A stretch of DNA of 64,000 nucleotides from an uncultured Sphingobacteriales bacterium (GTDB lineage Bacteria; Bacteroidota; Bacteroidia; CAILMK01; CAYYUA01), in NCBI GenBank assembly GCA_964542585.1, contig CAZIUI010000001.1, forward strand, positions 16,824-80,823, written 5' to 3'. The position numbers were made by a program, and so were the translations under genes. Under the pieces are notes generated by a model, which made no database searches, was not told the DNA's origin, and saw only the letters and a list, made by a program, of their open reading frames with translations. This document shows positions 27,303 to 38,603 of this stretch, piece after piece (the stretch's first letter is position 1; each line of letters opens with the position of its first letter).

Positions 27303-28607
27303 ATGAACCGGGGATCCCTTGGCAGACATATCCTAGTAGAGTTTTACGATAGCTCCACTACAGTGTTGAATGATGTAAGCCTAATTGAGGAATCTATGGT
27401 CCAGGCTGCCAAAGAGGCTGATTCAACTGTTGTAAATTCTACCTTTCACCATTTTTCTCCTTTTGGTGTATCCGGGGTAGTGGTGATTGAGGAAAGCCAC
27501 CTGGCAATTCACACCTGGCCGGAGTATGGATTCGCTTCTATGGATATATTTACTTGCGGGGAGACAGTAGATCCTTGGTCGGCTTTCAATTACCTCAAAA
27601 GGGTTCTCCAGTCCGAGCATGCATCTTCTATGGAAATGCTCAGAGGGCAGCTAAACTTGTTGGAAAAGAAGGAGGATTTCGACCTTGGCAGCATGCGGGA
27701 TGAAAAGATCAAAAAAGGAGAAGCCCCCAAACAAAAGCGAAACGTCTGGTTTACAGACCGGGATGAAAATATCGCCCTTTCCTTACGGCACCGGGGAAAC
27801 AGTCTTTTCAGAGAAGAAAGCCCTTATCAGAAGATTGAAGTTTTTGATACGTATGCCTACGGGCGAATGCTAGCCTGTGATGACATGGTCATGTGTACTG
27901 AAAAAGACGAGTATGTATACCATGAAATGATCGCTCATGTGCCCATGCTAACAAATCCTAACCCCAGGAAAGTGCTTGTTATCGGTGGTGGTGATGGTGG
28001 CACTGTGCGAGAGGTCCTTAAACATAGCGAGGTAGAGGAAGTGGTAATGGTAGAGATCGATGAACGGGTAGTTGAAGCCAGTAAGCAACACCTGCCAACT
28101 TTGTCAACAGCATTGGAGGATGAAAGGCTTCACTTGATCATTGATGACGGTATCAAATACGTTCAGCAATCGCCATCTGAAACCTTTGACCTGGTGATAG
28201 TTGACTCCACTGATCCCGTGGGACCTTCCAAAGGGCTTTTTACCGAAGCATTTTACAGGGATATTTATCGCATCCTGAACAGTAACGGGGTGATGGTTAC
28301 GCAAAGTGAGTCTCCCCGCTTTAACGTCCGTGTTTACCAGGAAGTGTACAGCATCTTCAATCGTATTTTTGGGAATGGGTCAGTTTTTAGCTATCTGGTT
28401 TACATACCTACTTATCCCACCGGTATGTGGAGTTTTTCTTATTCTTCCAAAGGCCAGGCACATCCCTGGGAAAATCTGGACGATGTAAAAGCATGGTCAT
28501 TTACCCAAGAGCATGGTCTTCAATATTACAATCCTGAGGTGCACCGCGCTTCCTTTGCCTTGCCCAATTTTGTTCGTCAAATGATAGCTTCCGAACCAGC
28601 CAGCTAG
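27303..28607 (+). CDS. Fusion protein: pyruvoyl S-adenosylmethionine decarboxylase (SpeH/SpeD class 1) + spermidine synthase (SpeE)
   Basis: The N-terminal ~115 aa have GRHILVEFY, the self-cleavage region [17 protein letters not shown] and DIFTCG. The C-terminal ~300 aa have [35 protein letters not shown] and [10 protein letters not shown]. Confidence 0.85.
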   Translation: MNRGSLGRHILVEFYDSSTTVLNDVSLIEESMVQAAKEADSTVVNSTFHHFSPFGVSGVVVIEESHLAIHTWPEYGFASMDIFTCGETVDPWSAFNYLKRVLQSEHASSMEMLRGQLNLLEKKEDFDLGSMRDEKIKKGEAPKQKRNVWFTDRDENIALSLRHRGNSLFREESPYQKIEVFDTYAYGRMLACDDMVMCTEKDEYVYHEMIAHVPMLTNPNPRKVLVIGGGDGGTVREVLKHSEVEEVVMVEIDERVVEASKQHLPTLSTALEDERLHLIIDDGIKYVQQSPSETFDLVIVDSTDPVGPSKGLFTEAFYRDIYRILNSNGVMVTQSESPRFNVRVYQEVYSIFNRIFGNGSVFSYLVYIPTYPTGMWSFSYSSKGQAHPWENLDDVKAWSFTQEHGLQYYNPEVHRASFALPNFVRQMIASEPAS

Positions 28608-28637
28608 CTTTCATTCCGAAAATTGTTTTCTTTTAGC

Positions 28638-29690
28638 ATGAGATCACAACCTTCTAGTAGGCGTAATGATATAATAGCAACCTTTGACCCCAATACGAAT
28701 GGGCATTACCATCAAGGGATTTTTGGTCTTCCATTTAATATTGAAGAGGCGCAAGTTGTGATTTTGCCGGTACCTTGGGATGCTACGGTATCATACGGAG
28801 AAGGAGCAGCAGAAGGGCCCTACACCATCTGGAAAGGTTCTCAACAAATAGACCTTTACGATGAGCTAAGACCCGGATATTGGAGGGCAGGCTACGCCAT
28901 GGGAGCTTTTAATAACGAATGGTATCAAAAAAACCAGCAGTGCCGTCAACAGGTACGCGCTTTACAGGCCGGTGATCCTAGCATTGATCCATCAAGTATT
29001 GATGCTGATTGTGAAGACCTTAATCAAGCGGTTGCCTTCGCAGCTGAACATTACCTGGAGAAGGGCCAACTTGTAGGATTAGTTGGTGGTGAGCACAGCG
29101 TAATGCTTGGGTATTTAAGGGCTTTGAAAAAACATCGTCAACAAGCCATAGCGGTCATTCAATTAGATGCGCACTGTGATCTAAGAATTGCATACGAGGG
29201 GTTAACTTATTCTCATGCTTCGGTTATGCACAATGCCCTGAGTGAAGGCTTAGTTGATCGGCTGGTATCGGTTGGCATAAGGGACTATGCAGAAGCTGAG
29301 GTTTCAAAAATGCACGAAGCAGGCAGAACAATCCAACCTTATTCGGACCCTTTTTTGAAGGATGCTTTATTGAAAGGCACTAGCTGGGACGCCCTATGCG
29401 AACAGGTTATAACTGAATTGCCCGAAGAGGTGTACATAAGCTTTGATATTGACGCCCTTGATCCCGCCCTGTGCCCTCACACAGGTACACCTGTTCCGGG
29501 AGGGCTCAGCTTTGATAAAGCACGCTATTTAATACATAAAATAACGGAAAGCGGAAGAAAGATCATAGGTTTTGACCTTTCTGAAGTAGCTCCTGCTACC
29601 CATAAAAATGATGAATGGGATGGAAATGTAGGCAGCCGCATTTTATACAACCTTTGTAATGAGGCAGCTTACAGCCATGATATGGTCTAG
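28638..29690 (+). CDS. speB: Agmatinase-type ureohydrolase
   Basis: Arginase-fold Mn ligand motifs GGEHS, LDAHCDLR, SFDIDALDP. Directly downstream of the speD-speE fusion. The track start is TTG 28623; ATG 28638 is preferred. Confidence 0.75.
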   Translation: MRSQPSSRRNDIIATFDPNTNGHYHQGIFGLPFNIEEAQVVILPVPWDATVSYGEGAAEGPYTIWKGSQQIDLYDELRPGYWRAGYAMGAFNNEWYQKNQQCRQQVRALQAGDPSIDPSSIDADCEDLNQAVAFAAEHYLEKGQLVGLVGGEHSVMLGYLRALKKHRQQAIAVIQLDAHCDLRIAYEGLTYSHASVMHNALSEGLVDRLVSVGIRDYAEAEVSKMHEAGRTIQPYSDPFLKDALLKGTSWDALCEQVITELPEEVYISFDIDALDPALCPHTGTPVPGGLSFDKARYLIHKITESGRKIIGFDLSEVAPATHKNDEWDGNVGSRILYNLCNEAAYSHDMV

Positions 29691-29790
29691 TCCTTCTATC
29701 TTTTTTATCTAAGAAAGATCAACACTTTCAAGCCAACCTCTGGTTACCGGTGTACGTTTAAATCACGCTATTTTTGCTCACTGTATTTAA

Positions 29791-30984
29791 ATGTTATTTA
29801 TGCCCCTACTAGCCGATCGCCTTGAGCGTCTTTCCGAATCCGCTACCTTAAAAATGGCACGCCTGAGCCGTGAACTGAAAGATCAAGGGGCGGACATCAT
29901 CAACCTCAGCCTTGGGGAGCCTGACTTTGATACCCCTCAGCATATCAAAGAAGCCGGCATCCAAGCCATAAGGGATGGGGTAACCAGTTATCCACCTGTT
30001 GCTGGTTTTCAAGGGTTAAGGGAAGCTGTTACCCGTAAATATGAGCAGGATCTTGGTCTAAATTATGATCCCGGCCAGGTCGTGGTTAGCTCTGGAGCTA
30101 AACAAACCTTGATCAACATCCTGATGGCTGTTGTCAATCCTGGAGATGAAGTGGTTGTTCCAGCTCCTTACTGGGTTTCTTATCCGGAAATGATTAAGAT
30201 GGTAGATGGAGAAATGGTACCTATTCCCTCCAGCGTGGAATCTGATTACAAAATTTCACCCCAGCAACTGGAGGATGCTATAACAGACCGAACTCGGGTG
30301 GTTATGCTTTGCTCGCCTAATAATCCCACGGGCAGTGTTTATCGCGGGGATGAATTGCGACAGCTAGCCGCAGTTATAAGCCGCTATCCGCAGCTATATG
30401 TGATCTCGGATGAGATTTACGATTACATCAACTTTACCCATCAGGTAAATTCCATTGCCCAATTCTCAGGTCTTAAAGACCGCACAGCGCTAGTGAGCGG
30501 TGTATCTAAAAGTTTTGCAATGACGGGCTGGCGAATAGGATTCATGGCTGCTCCAAAGGCTATCGCAGACGCCTGCACAAAAATTCAGGGCCAATTTACT
30601 TCGGGTGCAAATGGAATGGCACAAATAGCAGCCGAAGAAGCCATTAGCGGTGATCTGACTCCTACGTATGAAATGCGGGACGCCTTTCAGCGCAGGCGTG
30701 ATCTGGTCATGAATAAACTTAAAGATATACCGGGCGTTCGCTTCAATAAGCCCGATGGGGCTTTTTACTTATTTGCTGATATTAGTAGTTTGTATGGTAA
30801 AACCATCAATGGCGATTCCATTAACGACAGTGAATCCTTTTGCATGACGGTACTTAATGAAGCTCAGGTCTCCTTAGTACCTGGTGTGGCTTTTGGAGAT
30901 GATAACTGCGTTCGCTTCTCTTTTGCTGCTTCTGAAGATGCCCTATCCACAGCTATTAATCGGCTGCAGGCGCTGCTTACTTAA
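29791..30984 (+). CDS. Aspartate/aromatic aminotransferase (class I PLP)
   Basis: LSLGEPDFDTP, NPTG, and PLP-lysine motif SKSFAMTGWRIG. Confidence 0.85.
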   Translation: MLFMPLLADRLERLSESATLKMARLSRELKDQGADIINLSLGEPDFDTPQHIKEAGIQAIRDGVTSYPPVAGFQGLREAVTRKYEQDLGLNYDPGQVVVSSGAKQTLINILMAVVNPGDEVVVPAPYWVSYPEMIKMVDGEMVPIPSSVESDYKISPQQLEDAITDRTRVVMLCSPNNPTGSVYRGDELRQLAAVISRYPQLYVISDEIYDYINFTHQVNSIAQFSGLKDRTALVSGVSKSFAMTGWRIGFMAAPKAIADACTKIQGQFTSGANGMAQIAAEEAISGDLTPTYEMRDAFQRRRDLVMNKLKDIPGVRFNKPDGAFYLFADISSLYGKTINGDSINDSESFCMTVLNEAQVSLVPGVAFGDDNCVRFSFAASEDALSTAINRLQALLT

Positions 30985-31030
30985 TGGCAATATTTGCGTT
31001 TGTAAATCCAGATAACCAAAAAGATCTCCC

Positions 31031-32080
31031 ATGAGCGCTCCCTTCCAACTCACCCAATCTCAACTAAAAGCCATTGATCAAGCTTTCCAGCAAAAAAAAG
31101 TGTTAATCATTGGTGATGTGATGTGCGATGCCTATTGGTGGGGGCAGGTTAATCGTATATCCCCGGAAGCTCCAGTTCCAGTTGTTGAAATTGATCAGAA
31201 GGAATACCGGTTGGGAGGAGCTGCCAATGTAGCTGTGAACATGCAGCGATTGGGAGCAGAGCCCTTACTTTGCAGTGTTATTGGACCTGATCAGGAAGGG
31301 GCTACTTTTAAGCAATTACTGGAGAGTGAAAATATTAGCTCAGCCCACCTTATCCAGGCTGAAAGCAGGCCAACAACCGTTAAAACCCGGGTAATGGGTG
31401 AGCGTCATCAGTTGTTGCGGGTGGATAGCGAAACGAAGAAACTGCTTGCAGAAAATGAGCAAGAGGAATTGTTAAAGGTTGCCAAGGATGCTGTGAAAAT
31501 GGCTGATGCGGTCTTGTTTGTGGATTATGATAAAGGCATCTTAGAGCATGGTTTGATCCAGGAGATTATCAGCGTAGCTAAGGCATCTGGCATACCCACG
31601 GCTGTAGACCCGAAAAAAGCCCACTTCTTTGCTTACCAAGGAGCTACCCTTTTCAAGCCTAATTTGAATGAATTACAAAGTAACCTCGAGCTTGAACTGC
31701 CATATCCCCTTACTAAGAAAGATATGGATAAGGCAACTAAACAACTTAGAAGCCACCTCAATAATGATATAGGGTTCATAACCCTATCAGAGCAGGGCGT
31801 TTACATTACAGATTATCAGGAAGATTACCTGCTTCCAGCCCATTTGCGAACCATATATGATGTTTCCGGGGCTGGCGATACCGTCATGAGCGTAGCTACG
31901 CTGGCGCTTGCTGCCCAATGTTCCCTGCCCGTTATAGCCGAAATGGCGAACCTGGCCGGGGGATTAGTTTGCGAAGGTGTTGGTGTGGCACCCATCCAGC
32001 ATGACCAGTTTTTCCAGGAGTGTACCAGGGCCATGGTCTACCAGCAAAGCGAAACGTTGGATGTTAATGGGCAAGCGTAG
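31031..32080 (+). CDS. PfkB-family sugar kinase, RfaE/HldE domain-I-like (heptose-7-phosphate kinase-like)
   Basis: VLIIGDVMCDAYWWG...ISPEAPVPV...RLGGAANVA, and C-terminal DVSGAGDTV. Confidence 0.7.
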   Translation: MSAPFQLTQSQLKAIDQAFQQKKVLIIGDVMCDAYWWGQVNRISPEAPVPVVEIDQKEYRLGGAANVAVNMQRLGAEPLLCSVIGPDQEGATFKQLLESENISSAHLIQAESRPTTVKTRVMGERHQLLRVDSETKKLLAENEQEELLKVAKDAVKMADAVLFVDYDKGILEHGLIQEIISVAKASGIPTAVDPKKAHFFAYQGATLFKPNLNELQSNLELELPYPLTKKDMDKATKQLRSHLNNDIGFITLSEQGVYITDYQEDYLLPAHLRTIYDVSGAGDTVMSVATLALAAQCSLPVIAEMANLAGGLVCEGVGVAPIQHDQFFQECTRAMVYQQSETLDVNGQA

Positions 32081-32112
32081 GATTGCTTAAGATATCCTGA
32101 AGTAATCGGTAG

Positions 32113-32991
32113 ATGGTATACCTGGCTTTAAGCATTATTGCTACTACCTTAATTTTTGTGGTTTTCCGCTTTATTGGACGGCAAAATGTTCACACGTTTC
32201 AGGCCATCGTGGTCAATTACATGGTAAGTGTAGGCTTGGGCTTATTTTTAGTACCAAAGCAATCCGTAGAGATTGACACTTTACCCACCGAATTCTTTCA
32301 AATAGGACTAGCCATTGGACTGCTTTTTGTTATAAACTTTTGGTTCATGGGGCGAGCTACTCAGTTATTTGGGGTGGCTCCAGCAACCATTCTTGCAAGG
32401 ATCTCACTAGTTGTACCTGCTTTTTTTTCTATTTGGATGTTTGGAGAGGTGTTTAATGCACTTAAGGCTTTGGGGCTGCTATCAGCCATTCTGGCCATTA
32501 TGCTCACACTGTATGAGCCCGGCTTAATCCATAGACTTCGAGATCCGGCTCGCTGGTGGCCTTATTTTTTTCCGTTAGGGGCTTTTCTCGGAACCGGCAT
32601 CATCGACAGCCTTTTTAAAGTTGCAGAGGTTCAATTCCTGGGGTCCATTCCCAACCTGTATTTCTTACTCTATCTATTTGGGTTTGCAGGCCTGGTAGGC
32701 TTGTTATTCATATGTTACCGGTTTTCAACGGGTCATATGAAGTTGGATCGTAGAGCAATCCCATTTGGCATTGTCCTCGGCATTGTTAACTTCTTTGCAA
32801 TTTACTGCTTGCTTTTGGCATTATCTGTTAGCGACTTAGCCGGTTCTGTCCTTTTTCCCATCAATAGCGTTAGTATCGTGGCATTGAGCACATTTATTTC
32901 ATACAGCATTTTTAGGGAGCCACTTAATATTTACAATTTAAGCGGTTTTTTATTGGCTGTTAGTGCTATTCTGCTCATAACATTAGCATGA
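32113..32991 (+). CDS. DMT/EamA-like 10-TM permease
   Basis: 292 aa, about 10 hydrophobic helices arranged 5+5. Family call is from topology only. Confidence 0.5.
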   Translation: MVYLALSIIATTLIFVVFRFIGRQNVHTFQAIVVNYMVSVGLGLFLVPKQSVEIDTLPTEFFQIGLAIGLLFVINFWFMGRATQLFGVAPATILARISLVVPAFFSIWMFGEVFNALKALGLLSAILAIMLTLYEPGLIHRLRDPARWWPYFFPLGAFLGTGIIDSLFKVAEVQFLGSIPNLYFLLYLFGFAGLVGLLFICYRFSTGHMKLDRRAIPFGIVLGIVNFFAIYCLLLALSVSDLAGSVLFPINSVSIVALSTFISYSIFREPLNIYNLSGFLLAVSAILLITLA

Positions 32992-33569
32992 CTATGAGGT
33001 ATTGGACCATAAGTTCAGAGGCTAAAGGCTATTACGAATTGAAAGGCAGTAAGTTTTTTGCTTACGTATCACCCGTTACTGATAAGGAAGCGGTTAAGCA
33101 GTGGATTAGCCATAAATGGAACCAGCATCCTAAAGCCCAGCATGTTTGCTATGCTTACCGGATGGGAGTTCACCAAATCCAAACCAAAACCAATGATGAT
33201 GGAGAACCTGCCAACACTGCCGGAAAGCCGATTTTAAACCACTTAGAAGGGTCAAACTTGACCAACGTAGTTTTAGCTGTGGTTCGCTATTTTGGAGGAG
33301 TAAAGCTAGGAAGGGGCGGGTTAATTTCAGCCTATAGGTACAGTGCTAAAATTGCACTAGGTAACGCAATTGTAACATGCCAGATAGAGACCCAACAACT
33401 GCAAGCGTCTATTTCCTACAAAGATTATTCTGCGTTTATGGAAAAGCTAAAAAAAGCTGGTGTTTATATTGTTGATGAAGAATACTTTTCGGAAAATTGT
33501 CGTTTTACCATAGAAGTTCCATATGAAGAAACCCATGATTGGGAGAATTGGTTGAGTAATCAAAACTAA
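32988..33569 (+). CDS. yigZ: YigZ / IMPACT-family protein
   Basis: HVCYAYRMG, DDGEPANTAGKPIL, VVRYFGGVKLGRGGL. 4-nt overlap with the upstream gene. Confidence 0.8.
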   Translation: MTMRYWTISSEAKGYYELKGSKFFAYVSPVTDKEAVKQWISHKWNQHPKAQHVCYAYRMGVHQIQTKTNDDGEPANTAGKPILNHLEGSNLTNVVLAVVRYFGGVKLGRGGLISAYRYSAKIALGNAIVTCQIETQQLQASISYKDYSAFMEKLKKAGVYIVDEEYFSENCRFTIEVPYEETHDWENWLSNQN

Positions 33570-33580
33570 TATTGTATTTA

Positions 33581-35425
33581 ATGAGGAATGTCCGGCTAAA
33601 CCTGTTGTTTTTACCTTTACTTCTAGCTTTACCCGTTTGCTCGGCATCACAGGATGGCTGGCTACAAACGCCTACCAAGAGTTCGATAGGTCGTCCGGAT
33701 GTAACGCTGGAAGGGCGTGGGCGTAAGCTTCAGAAATCGGCGGCTGAATGGGCTGAAGGATACCTTTCCACAGTTGGTAAGGAAGGGAGCTACCTCAAGC
33801 TACAGGATTACCGGGAAAGTGTTTTGGGTTTCCATCTTACATACCAGCAAAATTACCGCGGGATTCCGGTTTACAATTCCCAAGTAAAGGTTAACATTTC
33901 AAAATCAGGAAAGCTTCAATCCTTGTTTTACAAGACAATTGATCCCTCAAATTTCCCTGCCAAAACATTGCAGCTAAAGGATCAACCGCCCTTTCTTAAT
34001 AATTTTAGGGAAGAAGGTAAGCTTCACACAAAAAAGGTGATTTTTAAAAATCGTAAACAGCCGCAACTTGCTTATGCTGTGAGCTTAATACATAAGCCTT
34101 CAGGAACCCATGATCAGTATGTTTTTGATCATAATGGGGATACGTTACACCAGCGTGATATGAACCGTTACCTGGGCTTAACCAAGGACACGACAGCTAC
34201 GGCCTATGTATATTACCCCAACCCCCTTATAACTTCCGAAAATCCCTATGGAAAGCCATTTTGGGATAATAGAGATAAAACTAACCTTTTTCTAAAAGGT
34301 CAAAGAGAAAAAGTGCAAATCAATGCCAATATTGCAAGTTCTGATTCATTTACCCTGCAATCCCCGTTTTTTAAAGTCACCAACTTCTCACCTCCTCAAA
34401 CCCCAGTAACTTACAGTAATAGTACAGCATTCAATTTTACGCGGGATTCAAGTGCTTTCGAGGATGTCAATTCCTTTTATCACCTCCAGCGATTCAAAGA
34501 TTATCTGGGAGAAATTGAGCTTGATAGCATGTTCGATTACCAATTACCGGTAGATGCTCATTCATTATCAAACCAAGATAACTCCCGCTTTTCCTTAGCC
34601 GGAAATTCGAATAAAGGTCGTTTATACTTTGGGGAAGGTGGGGTAGATGATGCTGAGGATGCTGAGATCATTATCCATGAGTTCGGTCATGCCATTTCAG
34701 CATATGCCTCTCCGGGCTCCTATAATGGTGGAAAAGAATCTAAGGCTTTGGAAGAAGGCTTATGTGATTACTTAGCTTGTTCTTATGGCCGGCACCTTGA
34801 TAATTACAAATGGAAGCGACTATTTTCTTGGGATGCTGGCATTAAGCCGCAGCAGAATAACAAGTTTTGGAAAGGTAGATGGTGTACTACTGAAAAGCAG
34901 TATCCAGAAGATTTAACGGGTGCCAAATACGAAGATGGCGAGATCTGGGCCGGTACTCTAATGGAAGTCTGGGAAAAGCTTGGTAGGCAGACTACTGATG
35001 AACTGGTTTTAGCAGCACTGAATGCCTTTAGCAAGAATATGACCATGAACGATGGTGCCCGCTTGGTTTTACAAGCAGATAGTGTTTTGTACAATGGTCA
35101 ACACCAATCTACGCTTTTAAACATCCTTGGTACTAGTGGCCTTGTTAATCCCCAGAAATTGGGGTTGGAAGACCGGTCCAAAACATCAAAAGGTTGGGAT
35201 CCGAAGTGCTACTACCGCAATCAGGCATTCCTGGTAGAATTGGAAAGCCCCGTTCAGCAACTTTCCATCACCCTTCAATCCTTAAGTGGTCAAGTTATCG
35301 CGCAGAAGGTTGAGGGTGCCAATGATCAATACAAAATCAAGGCTAATGGGTTAGCTAGTGGTATGTACATTCTCCATCTTCAAAAACCTGAACATGCCAA
35401 GGCAATAAAAGTGATGAAGCCTTAA
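33581..35425 (+). CDS. Secreted gluzincin metalloprotease with T9SS type A C-terminal sorting domain
   Basis: Signal peptide. HEFGHAIS followed by LEEGLCDY, a thermolysin/fungalysin-like third-ligand motif. The C-terminal ~80 aa (LSITLQSLSGQVI...GMYILHLQ...IKVMKP) are CTD-like. Confidence 0.75.
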   Translation: MRNVRLNLLFLPLLLALPVCSASQDGWLQTPTKSSIGRPDVTLEGRGRKLQKSAAEWAEGYLSTVGKEGSYLKLQDYRESVLGFHLTYQQNYRGIPVYNSQVKVNISKSGKLQSLFYKTIDPSNFPAKTLQLKDQPPFLNNFREEGKLHTKKVIFKNRKQPQLAYAVSLIHKPSGTHDQYVFDHNGDTLHQRDMNRYLGLTKDTTATAYVYYPNPLITSENPYGKPFWDNRDKTNLFLKGQREKVQINANIASSDSFTLQSPFFKVTNFSPPQTPVTYSNSTAFNFTRDSSAFEDVNSFYHLQRFKDYLGEIELDSMFDYQLPVDAHSLSNQDNSRFSLAGNSNKGRLYFGEGGVDDAEDAEIIIHEFGHAISAYASPGSYNGGKESKALEEGLCDYLACSYGRHLDNYKWKRLFSWDAGIKPQQNNKFWKGRWCTTEKQYPEDLTGAKYEDGEIWAGTLMEVWEKLGRQTTDELVLAALNAFSKNMTMNDGARLVLQADSVLYNGQHQSTLLNILGTSGLVNPQKLGLEDRSKTSKGWDPKCYYRNQAFLVELESPVQQLSITLQSLSGQVIAQKVEGANDQYKIKANGLASGMYILHLQKPEHAKAIKVMKP

Positions 35426-35665
35426 ACTTTCACTCAATTCCGGGATCTCAATTTCCTTATTGTATTGTGCTTGGAAGCCTTCTCCTAAAAGCAAGGAATC
35501 AAGGCATTTTTTATGGCCACACTAAACCTCAATTGGATCCAAGTGTTCTAAAATTTCCCAATTTAGTGCCAAATCATCCGCCACAAGGCTGTTGATTTGC
35601 TTCAGTTAGGTTGAATCCGTAATATTGCATAAATAAAATAGGCTAGCCTAAATTACCTCATTTAT

Positions 35666-36139
35666 ATGGAGGAGGGTTTGTTAATTGAACCAATTTACGC
35701 GGTGGCGTCTGGCCCTCAAACAGACGGGCTTTCTACATTTTTTATATATGCTGGAATAGCTGTTGGACTTGCGGGTGTTATACTGTTACTATCTTATCTG
35801 CTTGGCCAACGGCATGACAACGCACTGACTGGAGAAGTTTACGAGTCAGGTGTGCCTGCTGTTGGAAAAGCCAGGCTTCGGTTTTCCTCCCAATTTTACC
35901 TTGTTGCTATGCTATTTGTCATCTTTGATCTTGAGGCAGTTTTTATCATTGCCTGGGCGGTGGCATTTCAACAAGTAGGAATTACCGGATTTATAGCGGC
36001 AGGAGCATTTATCCTGATTCTAGCTGCCGTTTTGATCTATGAATGGAAAGTTGGAGCACTTGATTTTGGTCCGGATAATAAAGGAATTATAAGGGCTTAC
36101 AAACGATTAGATCCGAATGCTTTACCTAATGAACAATAG
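35666..36139 (+). CDS. nuoA: NADH-quinone oxidoreductase subunit A
   Basis: 3-TM protein with YESG and FDLE motifs. First gene of the operon. Confidence 0.9.
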   Translation: MEEGLLIEPIYAVASGPQTDGLSTFFIYAGIAVGLAGVILLLSYLLGQRHDNALTGEVYESGVPAVGKARLRFSSQFYLVAMLFVIFDLEAVFIIAWAVAFQQVGITGFIAAGAFILILAAVLIYEWKVGALDFGPDNKGIIRAYKRLDPNALPNEQ

Positions 36140-36151
36140 AATTTCATTGAT

Positions 36152-36790
36152 ATGAAGTGGTGGTTAAGTCGTGCAGAACAGCCGGAAACGGCAACTAAAG
36201 GTACGGGCTCTTTTGAGGAGACCGTTCAACAAAATGTGGTTTTCACCAGTTTGCAATCCATGGTTGCCTGGGGGCGAAAGAATTCCATTTGGCCTTTCAA
36301 CTTTGGGCTATCCTGTTGTTACGTGGAAATGGCTACCTCCGTTACCAGTAAATATGACATATCCAGGTTTGGGGCTGAAGTATTGAGAGGTACGCCCCGC
36401 GAGGCTGACGTTATGATCATTGCAGGAACTCCTTTTATAAAAATGGCTCCCGTTATCAAGCGGCTCTATCAACAAATGATGGAGCCGCGCTGGGTTATTT
36501 CTATGGGATCCTGTGCTAATTCCGGGGGCATGTACGACATTTATAGTGTTGTACAAGGCGTTGATAAGATATTGCCTGTGGATGTTTATGTACCGGGGTG
36601 CCCCCCGCGCCCCAACGCTTTTATGGAGGGCTTGTTAATGTTGAGTGACGCTGTTGGTAAAGAGCGCAGGCCCCTGAGTTGGGTCATAGGACCGCAAGGG
36701 GTAGAAAAACCTGAAGAACGTTCCAGAAGGGATGAAAAGCTGGCCGAGCGACAGGAAATGACTGAGCTTAGGCCACCGGATGATGTTTAA
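36152..36790 (+). CDS. nuoB: NADH-quinone oxidoreductase subunit B
   Basis: [51 protein letters not shown]. Collinear with E. coli NuoB as I remember it. Confidence 0.95.
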   Translation: MKWWLSRAEQPETATKGTGSFEETVQQNVVFTSLQSMVAWGRKNSIWPFNFGLSCCYVEMATSVTSKYDISRFGAEVLRGTPREADVMIIAGTPFIKMAPVIKRLYQQMMEPRWVISMGSCANSGGMYDIYSVVQGVDKILPVDVYVPGCPPRPNAFMEGLLMLSDAVGKERRPLSWVIGPQGVEKPEERSRRDEKLAERQEMTELRPPDDV

Positions 36791-36817
36791 AAACAGTAGG
36801 GTAAACCAAACCATAAT

Positions 36818-38575
36818 ATGAGTACGGTTGCATTGGACCAGGATATTGTTGCGCATCTACAAGATACTTTTGGCACTGAAAACCTTCTAGAGCAAGAAAC
36901 CGCTGATCAATTTCCAACCTTATGGGTTCCTAAAAGCCAGTTAGTTGATATAGTCTATCACCTGAAACATGGGGTTCCAGCACCTTATACTTTGCTTTAT
37001 GACCTTTCCGCTATCGATGAGCGTTCACGTGCCAATCGAAAAGGACAGCCTCCCTCCGATTTTACGGTATTTTACCACCTCATGTCATTTGAGCGGAATC
37101 ACGATGTGCGGCTAAAGGTCGCACTAGAAGGTGAATTCCCTTCAATACCCACAATAACCCACATTTGGTACAATGCCAACTGGTATGAGCGGGAAGTATA
37201 CGACATGTTTGGGATAACTTTTGAAGATCATCCCTACCATGAAAGAATTCTCATGCCGGGTTATTGGCAAGGCCACCCGCTTCGTAAAGAACATCCCGCA
37301 AGAGGAACAGAGATTGGACCCTTCACGCTGCCAGATGATGAACAAGAACGTCAGGAAGAACATCTAAAGTTTAATCCTGAAGCCTGGGGAATGGAGCGGC
37401 AAAAAGCCGACTCTGACTTTATGTTTCTCAATGTGGGACCTCAGCACCCGGGTACCCATGGGGTTTTAAGAACGGTTTTACAGCTCGATGGTGAAGATAT
37501 CGTAGACGCAGTACCGGAGATTGGTTTTCATCATAGAGGGGCTGAAAAAATGGGTGAACGGCAATCCTGGCACACGTACATCCCATATACGGACCGCGTT
37601 GAATACCTGGCCGGTACCAATAACAATTTACCCTATGTGCTGGCATTAGAGCAGTTAGCAGGGATTGAGGTGCCCGATCGGGTAAAGTACATCCGGGTCA
37701 TGATGTGTGAGCTTTACCGGATTTCAAGTCACCTGGTTTGGTATGGCACTTTTGTTCAGGATATTGGCCACTTCTCAGGTGTGTTTTACATGTTTTCAGA
37801 CCGTGAAAAAGTGCTTGAAATCTGTGAGGCTATTTGTGGGGATCGGATGCATCCGAATTGGTTCAGGATCGGTGGCGTTGCCCAGGATCTTCCAAGTGGT
37901 TGGGAGTCAATGGTTCAAAAGTTCCTTGATGATTTCCCAAAGCGTTTGAAGGACTATGACAAAATGTTGGTCAAAAACCGGGTTTTCCGTGATAGAACCA
38001 AAGGAGTAGGGATCTACAACACCAAAGAAGCCATTGAATGGGGCGTTACAGGCCCCGGTTTAAGGGCTACCGGTTACAAGTGGGATTTCAGAAAAGAGCG
38101 CCCTTATTCTGGTTATGAGCATTTTGATTTTGATGTTCCGGTAGGAGAAAACGGAGATGCCTTTGATAGGGCAATTGTACGTATAGAGGAAATGCGCCAG
38201 AGCTTGCGGATCATACAACAATGCGTGGATAATATGCCGGCTGGAGAGCACAAATCCCGTCACAGACTTACCACGCCCCCGCTCAAGGATAACACCATGC
38301 ATGATATCGAAACCTTGATAGATCACTTTATGGGGGTAAGTTGGGGGCCAGTATTTCCAGCTGGGGAATCCTTGGTATCTATTGAAGCTCCGAAAGGAAA
38401 TAACGGTTATTACCTTGTCAGTGATGGTAGTACTGTTTCCTACAGGACCCGGATACGGACCCCATGTTTCCCACACCTTCAAATGCTGCCCTATATCTCA
38501 AGGGGTTATACCATTGCCGATATGCTCGCAATTTTGGGAAGTATTGATTATGTGTTATCCGATGTAGACCGTTGA
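36818..38575 (+). CDS. nuoCD: NADH-quinone oxidoreductase fused subunit C/D
   Basis: 585 aa. The NuoC part has [15 protein letters not shown]. The NuoD part has [18 protein letters not shown] and a C-terminal [11 protein letters not shown]. Confidence 0.95.
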   Translation: MSTVALDQDIVAHLQDTFGTENLLEQETADQFPTLWVPKSQLVDIVYHLKHGVPAPYTLLYDLSAIDERSRANRKGQPPSDFTVFYHLMSFERNHDVRLKVALEGEFPSIPTITHIWYNANWYEREVYDMFGITFEDHPYHERILMPGYWQGHPLRKEHPARGTEIGPFTLPDDEQERQEEHLKFNPEAWGMERQKADSDFMFLNVGPQHPGTHGVLRTVLQLDGEDIVDAVPEIGFHHRGAEKMGERQSWHTYIPYTDRVEYLAGTNNNLPYVLALEQLAGIEVPDRVKYIRVMMCELYRISSHLVWYGTFVQDIGHFSGVFYMFSDREKVLEICEAICGDRMHPNWFRIGGVAQDLPSGWESMVQKFLDDFPKRLKDYDKMLVKNRVFRDRTKGVGIYNTKEAIEWGVTGPGLRATGYKWDFRKERPYSGYEHFDFDVPVGENGDAFDRAIVRIEEMRQSLRIIQQCVDNMPAGEHKSRHRLTTPPLKDNTMHDIETLIDHFMGVSWGPVFPAGESLVSIEAPKGNNGYYLVSDGSTVSYRTRIRTPCFPHLQMLPYISRGYTIADMLAILGSIDYVLSDVDR

Positions 38576-38603
38576 GGGATCATTTCGATATAAAAATACG
38601 GCC

